A DNA stretch of 63,830 nucleotides, counting the filler, from Octopus bimaculoides (taxonomy: Eukaryota), in NCBI RefSeq assembly GCF_001194135.2. It is 6 parts of 6 records of this genome, joined end to end, with 100 filler letters (N's around TTAATTAATTAA, not from the genome) between each part and the next. Parts side by side here need not be neighbours in the genome. Positions count along the whole stretch, not along the records: positions 36,039 to 50,265 come from NC_068999.1; positions 50,366 to 59,941 come from NC_068994.1; 4 more parts are not named here. The stretch is one strand, 5' to 3'. Positions within the stretch are counted from its first letter, which is position 1; each line of letters opens with the position of its first letter. The notes under the pieces were generated by a model. The model ran no database searches. It saw nothing but the letters and a program-made list of their open reading frames with translations, and was not told where the DNA came from. Shown here piece after piece: positions 38,507 to 52,822 of the stretch. The position numbers were made by a program, and so were the translations under genes.

Positions 38507-38977
38507 GTTCCAAGACACAGGAGTCACGTCGTAGAATGACAAATGGTTTCAGATTGGCCATTAGTGACAGTGGCGTGTGATGATTTAAATCTATATGCCG
38601 ACAAGAACTGTGCGTACAGAAAGAGAGAGGGAGAGAGCAAGAGGGAGAGAGAGAACGGGGAGAAAGTGAGGAGGGAAGGAAGTAGAAGAGGAAAAAGGTG
38701 GGGGAAGGGCGAGATTTAAGTAAAGAGAGTGGGAGGCTGAAGCCGGGAGTTTACGAGAAAATGGCACAGTGTGCATGATGGCGGTATTGGTTGAAGTGTT
38801 GAAACTAAAGAAAGGAGAAGACTGGATGGAAATTGGGAACGAATAAGAACTAGTGAGACAAAAAGAGAAGAGATAGTTGAAAGAGCTACAGAGCACTTAC
38901 ATATATACAAACACACACATATACGCTTGTACACACACACACTCACACATGAATGTATATATGTATGTATGTATGTC

Positions 38978-39440
38978 AATAGAGAAAGAGCCGGTTTCTA
39001 ATCTAGATCCAAGATTACTTCACTGAAATTTCAACAGCATCGATGGGGTATTTTTGTATGTATGTATGTATGTATGTATGTATGTATGTATGTATGTAGA
39101 TTTGTATGTTTTGCTTTATGTATGTATTCTCATGCCTATAGCTACATGTCTAAACATGCTCATATATACTTAAATGATAAACTTCTGGAAAGATTTACAG
39201 ATTTTTAGAATTCCAGTGATGGTTTGGATCGGTAGTCTTCGAATCAGCTTTATCTTTTCTGGTTTTGGGAAGCCTAATTTCTCAAGATTGCTGCTTAGAT
39301 AATATGTTACGTATCCCAGTGTCCCAATAATTAGAGTTATATATCTGAATTTATTATCTGGATAGAGTAGTTGTAGATTCCTCAATAGTTCAACGTAGGC
39401 ATTCTCCATTTGTGCTGATCTTCAGCTTTATGTTAAGTTA
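38978..39440 (-). mobile_element. RLE-clade (R4/Dong-like) LINE 3' fragment
   Basis: ORF ENAYVELLRNLQLLYPDNKFRYITLIIGTLGYV...KICKSFQKFII* followed by a 3' UTR with an internal (TACA)n tract. Homologous to 56640-57225. Confidence 0.75.
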
Positions 39441-39833
39441 CGTAGGTATGCATGGATGTATATATTGCGAGAAATTTCTGATTTGGTACCCAACTACAAA
39501 CTTACCTACCGAGTTGGAATGGATTCTAGTCTGTGGTGAAGATACTAACCGAAGATAGGAAACTCTAATGGGAAAGTCTTGGGTATGTTGTTTGATTTTC
39601 GGGGACATGTAAGACTATAATATTCGCTGTTTAACCCCCCAAAAAGGACGGGGGAATCTACTGTGTCGTAAAAAGCATGCTTCCCAACCACATGGTAGTG
39701 GACTTAGTCCCAATACATGGCATTTTGTTCAAGTGTCTTCAACTATGACCTCAGTCCGAACAAAACAGTGTGAGTGGAGTTGGTCGAGGGGAAACTGAAA
39801 GAAGCCCGTCGTATATAAATATTATATATATGA

Positions 39834-39864
<31 letters not shown>

Positions 39865-40440
39865 TGTGTTTGTGTGTGTATATATGTGTGTGTCTTTTTG
39901 TCTGTGTTTGTCCCCCACTATCACCCGATGAGTGGTGTTGGTGTGTTTACGTCCCATAACATAACTGTTCGACAAAGAGAAATACTTGAATAAGTACCAG
40001 ATTTTAAAAAAAANNNNNNNNNNNNNNNNNNNNNNNNNNNNNNNNNNNNNNNNNNNNNNNNNNNNNNNNNNNNNNNNNNNNNNNNNNNNNNNNNNNNNNN
40101 NNNNNNNNNNNNNNNNNNNNNNNNNNNNNNNNNNNNNNNNNNNNNNNNNNNNNNNNNNNNNNNNNNNNNNNNNNNNNNNNNNNNNNNNNNNNNNNNNNNN
40201 NNNNNNNNNNNNNNNNNNNNNNNNNNNNNNNNNNNNNNNNNNNNNNNNNNNNNNNNNNNNNNNNNNNNNNNNNNNNNNNNNNNNNNNNNNNNNNNNNNNN
40301 NNNNNNNNNNNNNNNNNNNNNNNNNNNNNNNNNNNNNNNNNNNNNNNNNNNNNNNNNNNNNNNNNNNNNNNNNNNNNNNNNNNNNNNNNNNNNNNNNNNN
40401 NNNNNNNNNNNNNNNNNNNNNNNNNNNNNNNNNNNNNNNN

Positions 40441-40631
40441 NAATCACCACCACCACCACCACCACTACCACCACCACCACCACCAATACCACCACCACCT
40501 TCGTTATCACAATCACTACTACTATACTTACAATCGTCACCAAGTGGACGTCTCCGTAGCGATCGTCATATAACAAGGACATCATCGCAGTTATTCCCGT
40601 TATATGAGATCATCATTGTCGTCAATAGTAG

Positions 40632-40666
<35 letters not shown>

Positions 40667-40926
40667 GTCACCACTAGCCATTCACCACCACCAACAACAG
40701 CACCGCTACCATTAAATCATCATCATCATTATCATCATCGTCGTCGCCGTCGTCGTCACCATCATCGTCAGAAACATCATCATCATCGTTGTCATGGTTG
40801 TCGTCGTCATTCATGTTTGTCATCGTCATCGTCATCGTCATCATCATCATCGTCGTCGTCATCATCGTCATCACCACCACCACCATCATCATCATCATCA
40901 CCATCATCGTCGTCATCATCATTTTT

Positions 40927-40962
<36 letters not shown>

Positions 40963-41058
40963 GTCATCCTCATCCTCATCATCATCGTCGTCATCATCAT
41001 TTTGATCATCATCATTTTGATCATCATCATCATCGTCATCATCATCCTCATCATTTTG

Positions 41059-41101
<43 letters not shown>

Positions 41102-41102
41102 C
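40441..41102. repeat. Compound trinucleotide tract (CAC/ATC/GTC)n
   Basis: Read directly. It produces the poly-H/I/S/M/D ORFs in the track. Confidence 0.9.
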
Positions 41103-41311
41103 NNNNNNNNNNTATTATTGTTGTTGTTGTATTTACAGTTATCGCTGCGGCAATAATGGTGTTATTAGCCCTGTTATTGGCTGTGGTTTCAAAGTAGAAA
41201 TGAGCTACCTAGTACTGACATCGTTTATACATACGTCATATAATATAATACAATACAATACAATATTAATATAACATATGATATACATACATACACACAC
41301 ATATACATACA

Positions 41312-41347
<36 letters not shown>

Positions 41348-41467
41348 TATATATAAATGACTTATAATAATATATACACGCATACTTATTTCGACGCACA
41401 CTCACACATTTTATGATGTATATTTCTATGTTTTTATTATGTATGTATGTATCCATCTATCTACTAT

Positions 41468-41529
<62 letters not shown>

Positions 41530-42520
41530 NNNNNNNNNNNNNNNNNNNNNNNNNNNNNNNNNNNNNNNNNNNNNNNNNNNNNNNNNNNNNNNNNNNNNNN
41601 NNNNNNNNNNNNNNNNNNNNNNNNNNNNNNNNNNNNNNNNNNNNNNNNNNNNNNNNNNNNNNNNNNNNNNNNNNNNNNNNNNNNNNNNNNNNNNNNNNNN
41701 NNNNNNNNNNNNNNNNNNNNNNNNNNNNNNNNNNNNNNNNNNNNNNNNNNNNNNNNNNNNNNNNNNNNNNNNNNNNNNNNNNNNNNNNNNNNNNNNNNNN
41801 NNNNNNNNNNNNNNNNNNNNNNNNNNNNNNNNNNNNNNNNNNNNNNNNNNNNNNNNNNNNNNNNNNNNNNNNNNNNNNNNNNNNNNNNNNNNNNNNNNNN
41901 NNNNNNNNNNNNNNNNNNNNNNNNNNNNNNNNNNNNNNNNNNNNNNNNNNNNNNNNNNNNNNNNNNNNNNNNNNNNNNNNNNNNNNNNNNNNNNNNNNNN
42001 NNNNNNNNNNNNNNNNNNNNNNNNNNNNNNNNNNNNNNNNNNNNNNNNNNNNNNNNNNNNNNNNNNNNNNNNNNNNNNNNNNNNNNNNNNNNNNNNNNNN
42101 NNNNNNNNNNNNNNNNNNNNNNNNNNNNNNNNNNNNNNNNNNNNNNNNNNNNNNNNNNNNNNNNNNNNNNNNNNNNNNNNNNNNNNNNNNNNNNNNNNNN
42201 NNNNNNNNNNNNNNNNNNNNNNNNNNNNNNNNNNNNNNNNNNNNNNNNNNNNNNNNNNNNNNNNNNNNNNNNNNNNNNNNNNNNNNNNNNNNNNNNNNNN
42301 NNNNNNNNNNNNNNNNNNNNNNNNNNNNNNNNNNNNNNNNNNNNNNNNNNNNNNNNNNNNNNNNNNNNNNNNNNNNNNGAGATGAGTTGGAGAAGAGAGA
42401 TGAGATGGAAAGAGACGACATGAAAGCTGGAGGCGTAGTAGCGGTCTGTCAAATCTGATGATCGATGGTGAGGTCACCCAACAGGGTTGACAGACAAGAA
42501 ATATCCGGCATTTTTCTTAC

Positions 42521-42628
42521 CTCCCGACCACCAAGCACATTTTTATAGCAGTTTAATTCCTCATTTCATTATCACGCCTAACGCACACTAGTAGCAGCAG
42601 TAGTAGTAGGGGCAGCAGCAGTAGCAGT

Positions 42629-42663
<35 letters not shown>

Positions 42664-42723
42664 TAGTAGTAGTCGTAGTAGTAGTAGTAGTAGTAGTAGT
42701 TACTGAGCATGGCTTCTGAATAG
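42521..42723 (-). other. Candidate spliced exon, mostly 5' UTR, possible ATG at 42540 (MCLVVG)
   Basis: Acceptor cttatttcgatcgtttgcaacag, donor GAG|GTAAGA. Stops in all three frames before ataaaaATG. Confidence 0.35.
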
Positions 42724-43057
42724 CTGTTGCAAACGATCGAAATAAGACAACGACACCAGCAAGCGAAAGGCTGGGTTCTTTTCGTGTGTGTCAATTTATT
42801 CCTGTACTGGAACCGTGTTACGGAACCGGGACTCACTTTCTCGTGTGCTATCCTATACAACGAATAATAATTAGGTGAGTAATATCCCGAGTTGTATAAT
42901 GCACGATTTCACTCTCGAAGCGGTTTGATCTATACACAAATATTTAATATTTCGATAGTAAACAAGTAACGTCACCAGCTATTTTAGTGGGGTGCACACA
43001 GAGTTTTGAAGTAAATATCTGGCGAAGGTAACAGATGTTTGATCAAACTGAATGTCA

Positions 43058-43101
<44 letters not shown>

Positions 43102-43983
43102 ATATATANNNNNNNNNNNNNNNNNNNNNNNNNNNNNNNNNNNNNNNNNNNNNNNNNNNNNNNNNNNNNNNNNNNNNNNNNNNNNNNNNNNNNNNNNNNN
43201 NNNNNNNNNNNNNNNNNNNNNNNNNNNNNNNNNNNNNNNNNNNNNNNNNNNNNNNNNNNNNNNNNNNNNNNNNNNNNNNNNNNNNNNNNNNNNNNNNNNN
43301 NNNNNNNNNNNNNNNNNNNNNNNNNNNNNNNNNNNNNNNNNNNNNNNNNNNNNNNNNNNNNNNNNNNNNNNNNNNNNNNNNNNNNNNNNNNNNNNNNNNN
43401 NNNNNNNNNNNNNNNNNNNNNNNNNNNNNNNNNNNNNNNNNNNNNNNNNNNNNNNNNNNNNNNNNNNNNNNNNNNNNNNNNNNNNNNNNNNNNNNNNNNN
43501 NNNNNNNNNNNNNNNNNNNNNNNNNNNNNNNNNNNNTATATATATATATATATATATCTGTAATTGTGAACTGTTTTTTATTCCTTTTTATCAAAATTCC
43601 CTTGTAAACACGGTTACAGAGCGTGCTTATCGATGTCTCTCTCTCTATCTCTCTTTATTTGGATGACTATATATTTGATATACTGCTGAGATATCTAAAT
43701 TTCATATATACGTCATATTTTGTGATCAATAGCTGTTTCATAAAGATAACCAACATCAAATGCATAATAGCATAATTGTCATTACACAATCAATTTAATT
43801 TCAAGTAGTTTAAATTCAGTTGATTTGAATAACTGTGTTTACTCAAATGATCAGAAACACATAGATCCGATTTCAATTCCAGCAATGCAATCTGTATCGT
43901 AATAGAATTGGACGACCTGATATTTATTAAGCTTATAATTATCTTGGATTCTTTCACATGTAGACATCAATCTCCTGTATGGC

Positions 43984-44056
<73 letters not shown>

Positions 44057-44533
44057 ATTTATACAGGATATGTATACGCACACATATGTATCTATATAGG
44101 TTTATATATGTATATGTACGAATATACGTGTATATGCATGTGTGTGTGTGGAGTGTTTATGTGTGCGTATGAGCGCGTATGGCTGTGTGATAAATGTAGT
44201 CACAATGTTTATTGTTTCCACTCCTTCACATACAATACGCTCTACCATTGACAACTGCCGTTATAAGAAGCATTTATAGGTATCTGAATATCTGTGGGTG
44301 ACGATACTAATGATCAATTTCGCACCTGCCAACATATACTGGCTGTGTTTAAAACTAGACTCCATCTTCTCTCTCTCTCTATCACGTATTATATAATCAC
44401 TACCTGACTCGATGTCATCTTTATATGGTCACTTGAACAACTAGAAATAGTAACTAAATCTACCCCCATTTCTTGCGAAATTTATTGATGGATCGGCTAA
44501 TGTATGTACATCAAGTTGCACTTCAATGCTTTT

Positions 44534-45073
44534 TATTTATTTTTTTTATTTATGCGCCGTTTTAAAGCCTAGCCAGGCTCATGGGCCCAGTTTCTCGGTT
44601 TCAATGGCGTATGTGTTCCCCAGCTAGATGGGACGCCAGTCCATCGCAGCTTTACTCAAGAAGCAGGAAGAAAGTGTGAGAGTACAACATGGGTCACCTC
44701 CCCCCCACCCACCGCCGGAGCCTCGTGGAACTTTAGGTGTTTTTGCTCAAGAAATACACACAACGCCCGGTCTGGGAATCGAAACCGCAATCCTCCGCTG
44801 CCCTAACAACCGGGCCATTACGCCTCCACAAATAAATAAATAAATGCGCCCTTTTAAAGCCTCACCAGGCTCATGGGCCCGGCTTCCCGGTTTCAATGGC
44901 GTATGTGTTCCCCAGTCCATCGCAGAGTTACTCATTTTTGCCGGCTGAGTGGACTGGAGCAACGTGAAATGAAGTGTTTTGCTCAAGAACGCAACGCGTC
45001 GCCCGGTCCAGGAATCGAAACCACAATCTTATTATCATGATGCTGACACACTAACCACTAAGCCACATACCTC
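44534..45073 (-). mobile_element. Head-to-tail pair of two related SINE subfamilies inside one 15-bp target-site duplication
   Basis: cacttcaatgctttt at 44519-44533 and 45074-45088. Heads near 45075 and 44820. Both end in ggcccatgagcctgg...ggctttaaaa.ggcgcat plus an ATTT/A tail. Confidence 0.8.
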
Positions 45074-46716
45074 CACTTCAATGCTTTTAGCAGAACCTAT
45101 TCCGTCGCGATAATTAAAACCAGGAAGACGTTTGAGGATAATGGAGTATCGAGAGAGAAGTATGGCTGCCATCAACAATAACACAAAATGAATGGTGTCT
45201 TCCTATATTCTTTCCAGCAAATTTCAGAAGAGTTGCATCTGTCAGGGCTGCGTCTTTCCTCACTTCACTGAAACATTTGCAAAATAATTTCATGGCGTCA
45301 GATACCTGCATATCTTCTGTTTTCATGAAATTAATCGAAGTTTGGACAGAATAATAATTTATTTTAGAGCTGCGTTTGGTGATGTATGGAATAACAGAAA
45401 TATTGTTGCATGATCTGGAATATTATACCTGCAAAAGAATACGTAACAGAAGGCATATAACCGTAGGCATTGCTGCGTGGTCAGAAGTTTACTTCCCAAC
45501 TTCGTGGTTCAGGGGACAGATAATGAATTTGCTTCTTTTTTTATGAGCGTATTTGTTTGGGATTCGGCCAGGAAAATGTCCTTTTCGATGTATTTCGTGT
45601 TAAAAAGCACCAAATACCTGAAATCGGAGGTTAAGAATAGCCACGTAAGTGAAAGAGAACGGTGTATATTGATATGATTTTCTACTCTGGGAACAAAGCC
45701 CGAAATTGTGGGGAAGGGGCCAGTCGATTAGATCAACACCAGTACGTAACTGGTACTTAATTTATCGACACCGAAAGGATGACAGGCAAAGCGACCTCGG
45801 NNNNNNNNNNNNNNNNNNNNNNNNNNNNNNNNNNNNNNNNNNNNNNNNNNNNNNNNNNNNNNNNNNNNNNNNNNNNNNNNNNNNNNNNNNNNNNNNNNNN
45901 NNNNNNNNNNNNNNNNNNNNNNNNNNNNNNNNNNNNNNNNNNNNNNNNNNNNNNNNNNNNNNNNNNNNNNNNNNNNNNNNNNNNNNNNNNNNNNNNNNNN
46001 NNNNNNNNNNNNNNNNNNNNNNNNNNNNNNNNNNNNNNNNNNNNNNNNNNNNNNNNNNNNNNNNNNNNNNNNNNNNNNNNNNNNNNNNNNNNNNNNNNNN
46101 NNNNNNNNNNNNNNNNNNNNNNNNNNNNNNNNNNNNNNNNNNNNNNNNNNNNCAAACAAGACTAAAAAGAACAATTGGTTTCAAATTTTGGCACAAGGTC
46201 AGCAGGTTTGAGGGAGCGGGGTTAAGTGGATTACTCGAAAGGATACATATATTATCGACCCTGAAGAGATGAAAAGAAAAATCCACCTCGATAGAAATTA
46301 AACTCAAAACATAATGAAAGTGGAAACATCGCTAAGCATTTTTCCGGGCGTGCTAGTAAATTCTGCCGGCTTGAAGCCTTAAGAAGCTGGTCTAGAAATG
46401 TAGACATTACAGATGTCACATACATAATGACATTATGCGCATATTGGTTGAGTAATTATATCCGGGAAAAGTCCCTTAAGACGAAACAAATCGACCCGTA
46501 GTTAACGTTACCATTATTAGAACTGCTTCTAATTCAGAATTTAATTTTGTTGCACATGCGCGGTGCTGCTGCGCATCAGGAGATAGATTTCGCGCCATCT
46601 GTATGAATAAACCTTAAATCGGCGATTCGAATTCATTTCGAGATGGAATGGGTTACATGATGCCGACGAGCTGAAATAACAACGAAACATCGATATCCAC
46701 CCGTCCCGTTACTTAC

Positions 46717-46791
46717 GGCGCGTTTCGTTTCGTCAGGTTTTCGGTATTCAATCTTTTTAACACTCCACATTTTAAAAAGGAATTCTTTTCC
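46717..46791 (-). other. Candidate 75-bp exon
   Basis: Acceptor attcgtccag, donor GCC|GTAAGT. Two frames are open (GKEFLFKMWSVKKIEYRKPDETKRA in one). Confidence 0.3.
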
Positions 46792-47487
46792 CTGGACGAA
46801 TCTTGTATCCAATAAGCGCATTAACAAAGCGCATACAATTAATATATGACGTCAGTTACATGCATACATGTGTATGGTTCTACACATGTATGTATATGTC
46901 TACTTATAGATTCATACATTCATATATACATACATACATACATACATACATACATACATACACACACACACATATATANNNNNNNNNNNNNNNNNNNNNN
47001 NNNNNNNNNNNNNNNNNNNNNNNNNNNNNNNNNNNNNNNNNNNNNNNNNNNNNNNNNNNNNNNNNNNNNNNNNNNNNNNNNNNNNNNNNNNNNNNNNNNN
47101 NNNNNNNNNNNNNNNNNNNNNNNNNNNNNNNNNNNNNNNNNNNNNNNNNNNNNNNNNNNNNNNNNNNNNNNNNNNNNNNNNNNNNNNNNNNNNNNNNNNN
47201 NNNNNNNNNNNNNNNNNNNNNNNNNNNNNNNNNNNNNNNNNNNNNNNNNNNNNNNNNNNNNNNNNNNNNNNNNNNNNNNNNNNNNNNNNNNNNNNNNNNN
47301 NNNNNNNNNNNNNNNNNNNNNNNNNNNNNNNNNNNNNNNNNNNNNNNNNNNNNNNNNNNNNNNNNNNNNNNNNNNNNNNNNNNNNNNNNNNNNNNNNNNN
47401 NNNNNNNNNNNNNNNNNNNNNNNNNNNNNNNNNNNNNNNNNNNNNNNNNNNNNNNNNNNNNNNNNNNNNNNNNNNNNNNNNNNNNNN

Positions 47488-47520
<33 letters not shown>

Positions 47521-48336
47521 GCATTCAAATGACCTCTTATATAAATATATAGGCACAAGAATACATTTATAATCACCGCATTCCAAATGCAGATAAATTC
47601 TATCTAATTCTTCGTCGGTAAACCAAAGTCATTGTTAACAATGATATAAACTCCATATGTGTGTGTGTGTGCATGATTGAAGTGAAATGTTCATCGAGAT
47701 TTCTGGCGATACTTCCGCGATCTGCCTTAAATGTGCTTGTCTCCTGTTGAGTCACAAGTTATATGTCACTTGTGTTGATCAGTCAATTGTCTCTGATTCA
47801 TTACTGCTATGATTTTGCCTTATGTATGTATGTATGTATGTATGTATGTATGTATGTATGTATGTATAAGTGTACATCTCCACCTTTCATCACCATTGCT
47901 TCTTTTTCTTGTCTTTTCTGCTGAAGTTCTTATTTTCATTGTCTTGGATTTCTTTCGTTTTTCCTTTTATCTTCCTAGGGAATTCCTTCACAAGCTTTTT
48001 GCATTTGCTTTTTTTGTTTCTTTTAAATTTATTTACGGTACACCCTCGTATTTTTTCCTCGCCTGGCTTGAAATTTTCAGTTAACATCTCAACCAAAGTA
48101 AATAGATAGCTCATCTATGTCTTGCATAAATATATATATGTGTGTGTATGTAACTATTAAAATTAATTAGAGGATATGTTAATCTCGTGAAGGGATGGTC
48201 GCATCCAGGGAAATATCAAGTTCAATACGTAGTATTTTTGGGGGAATGAAATTCTCTTAAATGAATAGGTATATATAAAGCGTGCAGTTTATGTCAATTT
48301 AAAAGAAGAACAGAAAATACAGAAAAGGTGGGTCAC

Positions 48337-48654
48337 AATTGCTTATTATTAACAAATTGGTCATCTTCGTTTATATTTATGTGACATGTGTAATAATTCC
48401 ATCAGAGGCAGAATAATGTACCTTTTGATGTTACATGTGGGTTTATCAATTGTTTTCAGCAGACACTGGTTTTGCTGAAATGAATTGGTAAGCGTACATA
48501 TTACAAACAAAGGTACATCATTTTACCTCTGATGAAATTATACACATGTCACATAAATGTAAATTTCACGTACCAATTTGTAATTAAATTATTGAGTATT
48601 AACTGAAACAGCTGTAAGAAGTAAAGACGACCAATTTGCTAATAATAAACAATT
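48337..48654. mobile_element. Foldback / MITE-like long inverted repeat
   Basis: Inner arms 48370-48461 and 48473-48563 are about 80% complementary by eye around a loop of about 10 nt. Outer arms are 48337-48364 and 48626-48654. Confidence 0.75.
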
Positions 48655-48844
48655 ATTAACTTCTTTATCTCCCTTTGCTTTTCTTTTCTTCTTATATATG
48701 CTTATGTACATATACATACATACATATATATATTTAATGGTTAAATATAGTTGTACATAGAAATGTTTACATTGGATTAATACATGGATATAAATTAAAC
48801 ATCGGTGTCAAATCTCTTTATTAAATGTATAAATTTAAAACTTT

Positions 48845-48882
<38 letters not shown>

Positions 48883-48886
<4 letters not shown>

Positions 48887-49050
48887 GAGAATGTACGAAA
48901 AGAAACAACAACAGACGAGGACAGGTGGTGTAAACAACAAAAGGATGTATTAGTTTGACGCTCGGGAATAGAGAAAGTCTTTAACGTTTCGAGCTACCCT
49001 ATTCAACAGGAAGAATACGGAGAAAACAAGGACAAAATCACGGAGAAAAA
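48883..49050 (-). mobile_element. PLE-derived short repeat family B, copy with degenerate hammerhead (48979-49013)
   Basis: Homologous to 29530-29690. Minus CUUC-CUGUUGA-A-UAGG-GUA-GCUC-GAAAC-GUU-AAAG, with stem II disrupted. Flanked by TA-rich repeats. Confidence 0.7.
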
Positions 49051-49328
49051 AAAATATATGTATGTATATATGCATATATGTGTAAAAAATAAATTACATG
49101 TGTCGACAAATTTACGTGCACATATCAGTCCGCATACAGAATCATGGAGACGTGTAAAAAAAAAATAAATTGTGCGGTATGAAAGTAGATTTCATAAAAT
49201 AATTACTTAAAAAACTGTAAAAGAAGAAAGATAAGAAGATTTGAAAACACAAAAATGCAGCTTTCATTCATTGATGATAATACGATTGGAATGTTGAAAT
49301 ATACTTATATCGTTAAGAACACTACGCA

Positions 49329-49420
<92 letters not shown>

Positions 49421-50029
49421 GTGCGTGTCTGTCTGTTTCTCTGCCTGTTTGTCTATGTGCCAGTCTGTCAGTCTGTCTATCTGTCTCTCATTCCATCTCC
49501 CCCCCTTTCTCTCTCTCTCTCTCTCTCTCTCTCCATCTATCTATCTATCTATGTATCTATCTGCTCACACCACCATCTGCGTGCGTATGTGTGTATGTGT
49601 GTGTCTGACTATGTATATATTATTAAATATGTATGTATTTATGTAGAAACATATACAGACACACACTCACACACAGATAAAGACACACACACACACACAT
49701 TCGTACAACATATATAATATTTATTTATCTGTGTTTTATGCGTGTTAAGTAAATATTATCAACCGCAATCATATCGTTAAGGAACTGAATTGGTCAAAAG
49801 GTGGATTAAACGACGTTTTATGTCCCGTTACATAATTCCGTTTATCTTACTTTTGGCTAATATATACATATGAGATTCTGTATACATCCGGATAAAGGGT
49901 GTGTTGAATACTATTGATTATTTTGCATCACAAAATACAGAAAGCAGACTGATATATGCACATATATGCACACAGGCACAAATGTATGCGTACATATGCG
50001 TGTGTATACGTGAATACGTATGTATGTAG

Positions 50030-50260
50030 GTATCTATCTGCGAGCTGGCAGAAACGTTAGCACGCCGGGCGAAATACTTAGTGGTATTTCGTTTGTCTTT
50101 ACGTTTTGTGTTCAAATTCCGCCGAGGTCATCCTTGCCCTTCATTCTTTCGGGGTCGATAAATTAAGTACCAGTTGCATAATGGGGTCGATCTAATCAAC
50201 TGGCCCCCCCCACCTCCCTCAAAATTTCGGGCCTTGTACCTAGAGTAGAAAAGAATATAT
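50030..50260 (+). mobile_element. Family-1 SINE, well preserved
   Basis: gcgagctggcagaaacgttagcacgccgggcgaaat...gttcaaattccgccgaggtc...ggggtcgataaattaagtaccag. Confidence 0.8.
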
Positions 50261-52284
50261 ATATANNNNNNNNNNNNNNNNNNNNNNNNNNNNNNNNNNN
50301 NNNNNNNNNTTAATTAATTAANNNNNNNNNNNNNNNNNNNNNNNNNNNNNNNNNNNNNNNNNNNNATATATATATATATATATATACATAGATACATACA
50401 CACACACACACACTGTCCATTGAATAATTTTTTGATTCAGGCATATTTTCTCTTGACATTCATTTGGTCACTATAAGAGACCCTTCCATTTATCATCTTA
50501 GATCTGAAGTTACATGGGGAATGTTCTATGTATATGCTCCCTCTGTATGTTTCCCAACGATGTTTATAAAAATTGGTTACAAAAATTAAATATTGGGGAA
50601 CTAAATTTTATAATTTTAAAAAACAATTTTTATGCTAAACACAAAATACATTAGTTAAAACCTAATACAAGTATATCAAAAGTGCTCTGGAAAGAGCAAT
50701 GAATCAGCGTTGTTCGCTGATATTTTCACACATATGCAAGCAGGATTTTCTCCAAGCCGTCGCTTAGTATCTCCTTTTATCTTTTATCTTTTACTTATTT
50801 TAGTCATTTGACTGCCGCCATGCTGGAGCAACATCTTAAGAATTTTTAGTCGAATGAATCGACACCAGTAATTTTTTTTTTTTTAAGCTTGCTACTTACT
50901 ATATCGGCGTATTTTACCGAACTACTACTTTACGGGGATGCAAACGCATCAATACTGGTTGTCAAGCGATGCTGTGGGGACAAACTCAGACACACACACA
51001 CAAGAAATAATACATGTCGACGAGCTGTACTTTTACCATGTAGTGACCGTTAAGTTGTATCGTTTGTTGTAGCTTGTATTGTTTTGCCTATTCTTTTTTA
51101 AATACTAACATTAACATCTAAGTTTACGTTATCCAAAGTGTACTTCTTTCCCATTGTAAGATTGTTGAGTGAGATTTGAAGAAAAATTGGCAGCTGTTTC
51201 TAGCACATAAATCTCTGTTGTTGGCTCATGAAGAAAGTAGCAATGGTTTGCAGCAGAAAAAGAAAAAATTTAAAAAATACTTAGAATAAAATAAATTGTA
51301 TGTTTTCGTGCAGGGCAGAACCTTTCTTGGAAGTGACAGAACTCATTTCACGGTCGACGAATTTAAAGGTTAACAACCAGAGAAATCTTTTCCTCTTCCC
51401 ATCTCACCATTATTATTAATTCAACTTCAATTTTCTTTCCTCTCTACAATACTTGAAAGAATCTCTACATGAATAATAAATATATATATCGTGTAATGCG
51501 AAACATAATCCTAAAGAAGAACAAACTGACTACGTGTCACCTGATTTCATCACTCCATTAGTTTTGTTTAAAATTGTTGTTTATTTTCCCTATTGGATGG
51601 GTATTTGTTACCTTCAAGTATTGTTTGTTTTCTTGTTGATTACAAGTGCGGACAGAGGTTTCAGTTCCGTATACTTATTATCCTCTAAGGGGATAAAATT
51701 GTTTTGTCAAAATATTTTTTGTGTTTTGGAATGTTTTAAGAGAAAGAAACAACAACAATACGGCGTCTATCGTGATAGCAAGTGAAAATGGAGAGACAGT
51801 AGGAAGAATGTGACTATCGCATTGCCGCTGTTTCACTACCATAAACGCAAACATTACCAGCATGAACGCGTTTATTACTACCATACAGATCTGATGGAAG
51901 AAGGAAAACAACAACAACGTAAAAAGTTAGCGATGACAATAGAATTTTCGGTGGTAAGGGTGACAATAACACCGCCATTATTGTCGCCCTCTCTGGTATC
52001 ACCAGCAGCAACGACTATGAGGCTAGCATTAGCAGCAACATCAACAAAAATATGTTACAAACAACAAAAACAAACGTATTACCACCACAACAACCAATGC
52101 CCATACCATCATAAAAAAACTACAGTTTTACGACCATCTTCGTCATGTTACAATGACAGAGATATGGCTGCAACGAGAGCAAAACAAAGAACCACAAAAA
52201 AGAAACATATATCCGTTATAGTAGGTGCCATGAACTCTTGGAGGAAACTTTCGCTTGGCCAGACATGAATCATTAACAAAAGTT

Positions 52285-52530
52285 AATGTTACCTTCTCGA
52301 GTCATACCGACCCATAGGGGCCGGTTTCCCGGTTTACATGACGTATATATTCCCCCAATGGACGGGACGCCGGTCCGTTGCAGGATGACTCATTTTTGCC
52401 AGCTGAGCAAACGGGAGCAACGTGAAATGAAGTGCTTTGCTCAACAAGACAACGCGTCGCTCGGTCCAGGAATTGAAACCACAATCTTACGATTATGAGT
52501 CCAACACTCCTAACCACTAAGCCACACAAA
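52285..52530 (-). mobile_element. SINE related to the 44830-45073 copy
   Basis: Shares ctcatttttgcc.gctgag...gagcaacgtgaaatgaagtg...cgcgtcgc.cggtccaggaat.gaaaccacaatctta. Confidence 0.75.
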
Positions 52531-52785
52531 CAAACAAACACGACTGAAAACAATACCTCCGCCTTAGCCAAAAGCGGAGGTAATAAATTAAAAGTTAAAA
52601 TAATATCTAAATTTGAATATATGTAGAATTCTCTGAAAGTAAAAATGGGGTTAACATTCTGAATAGGAAAAAGAAAAAAAGAAAAAAGAAAAATGGAAAA
52701 AAGAAAGAAGAAAAATAGAAAAGAAAAAGAAAGAAATTAAATTTTCCTTCTCGTTATTACTTTATTAACTTCAAATTTCTCTTAC

Positions 52786-52822
52786 GCTAATCTGTAGAAG
52801 TAGCTGCGGCTGAGGAATGAAT
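52786..52822 (-). other. Candidate 37-bp exon
   Basis: About 150-nt pyrimidine tract ending gtgtttcaag, donor AGC|GTAAGA. Confidence 0.35.
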
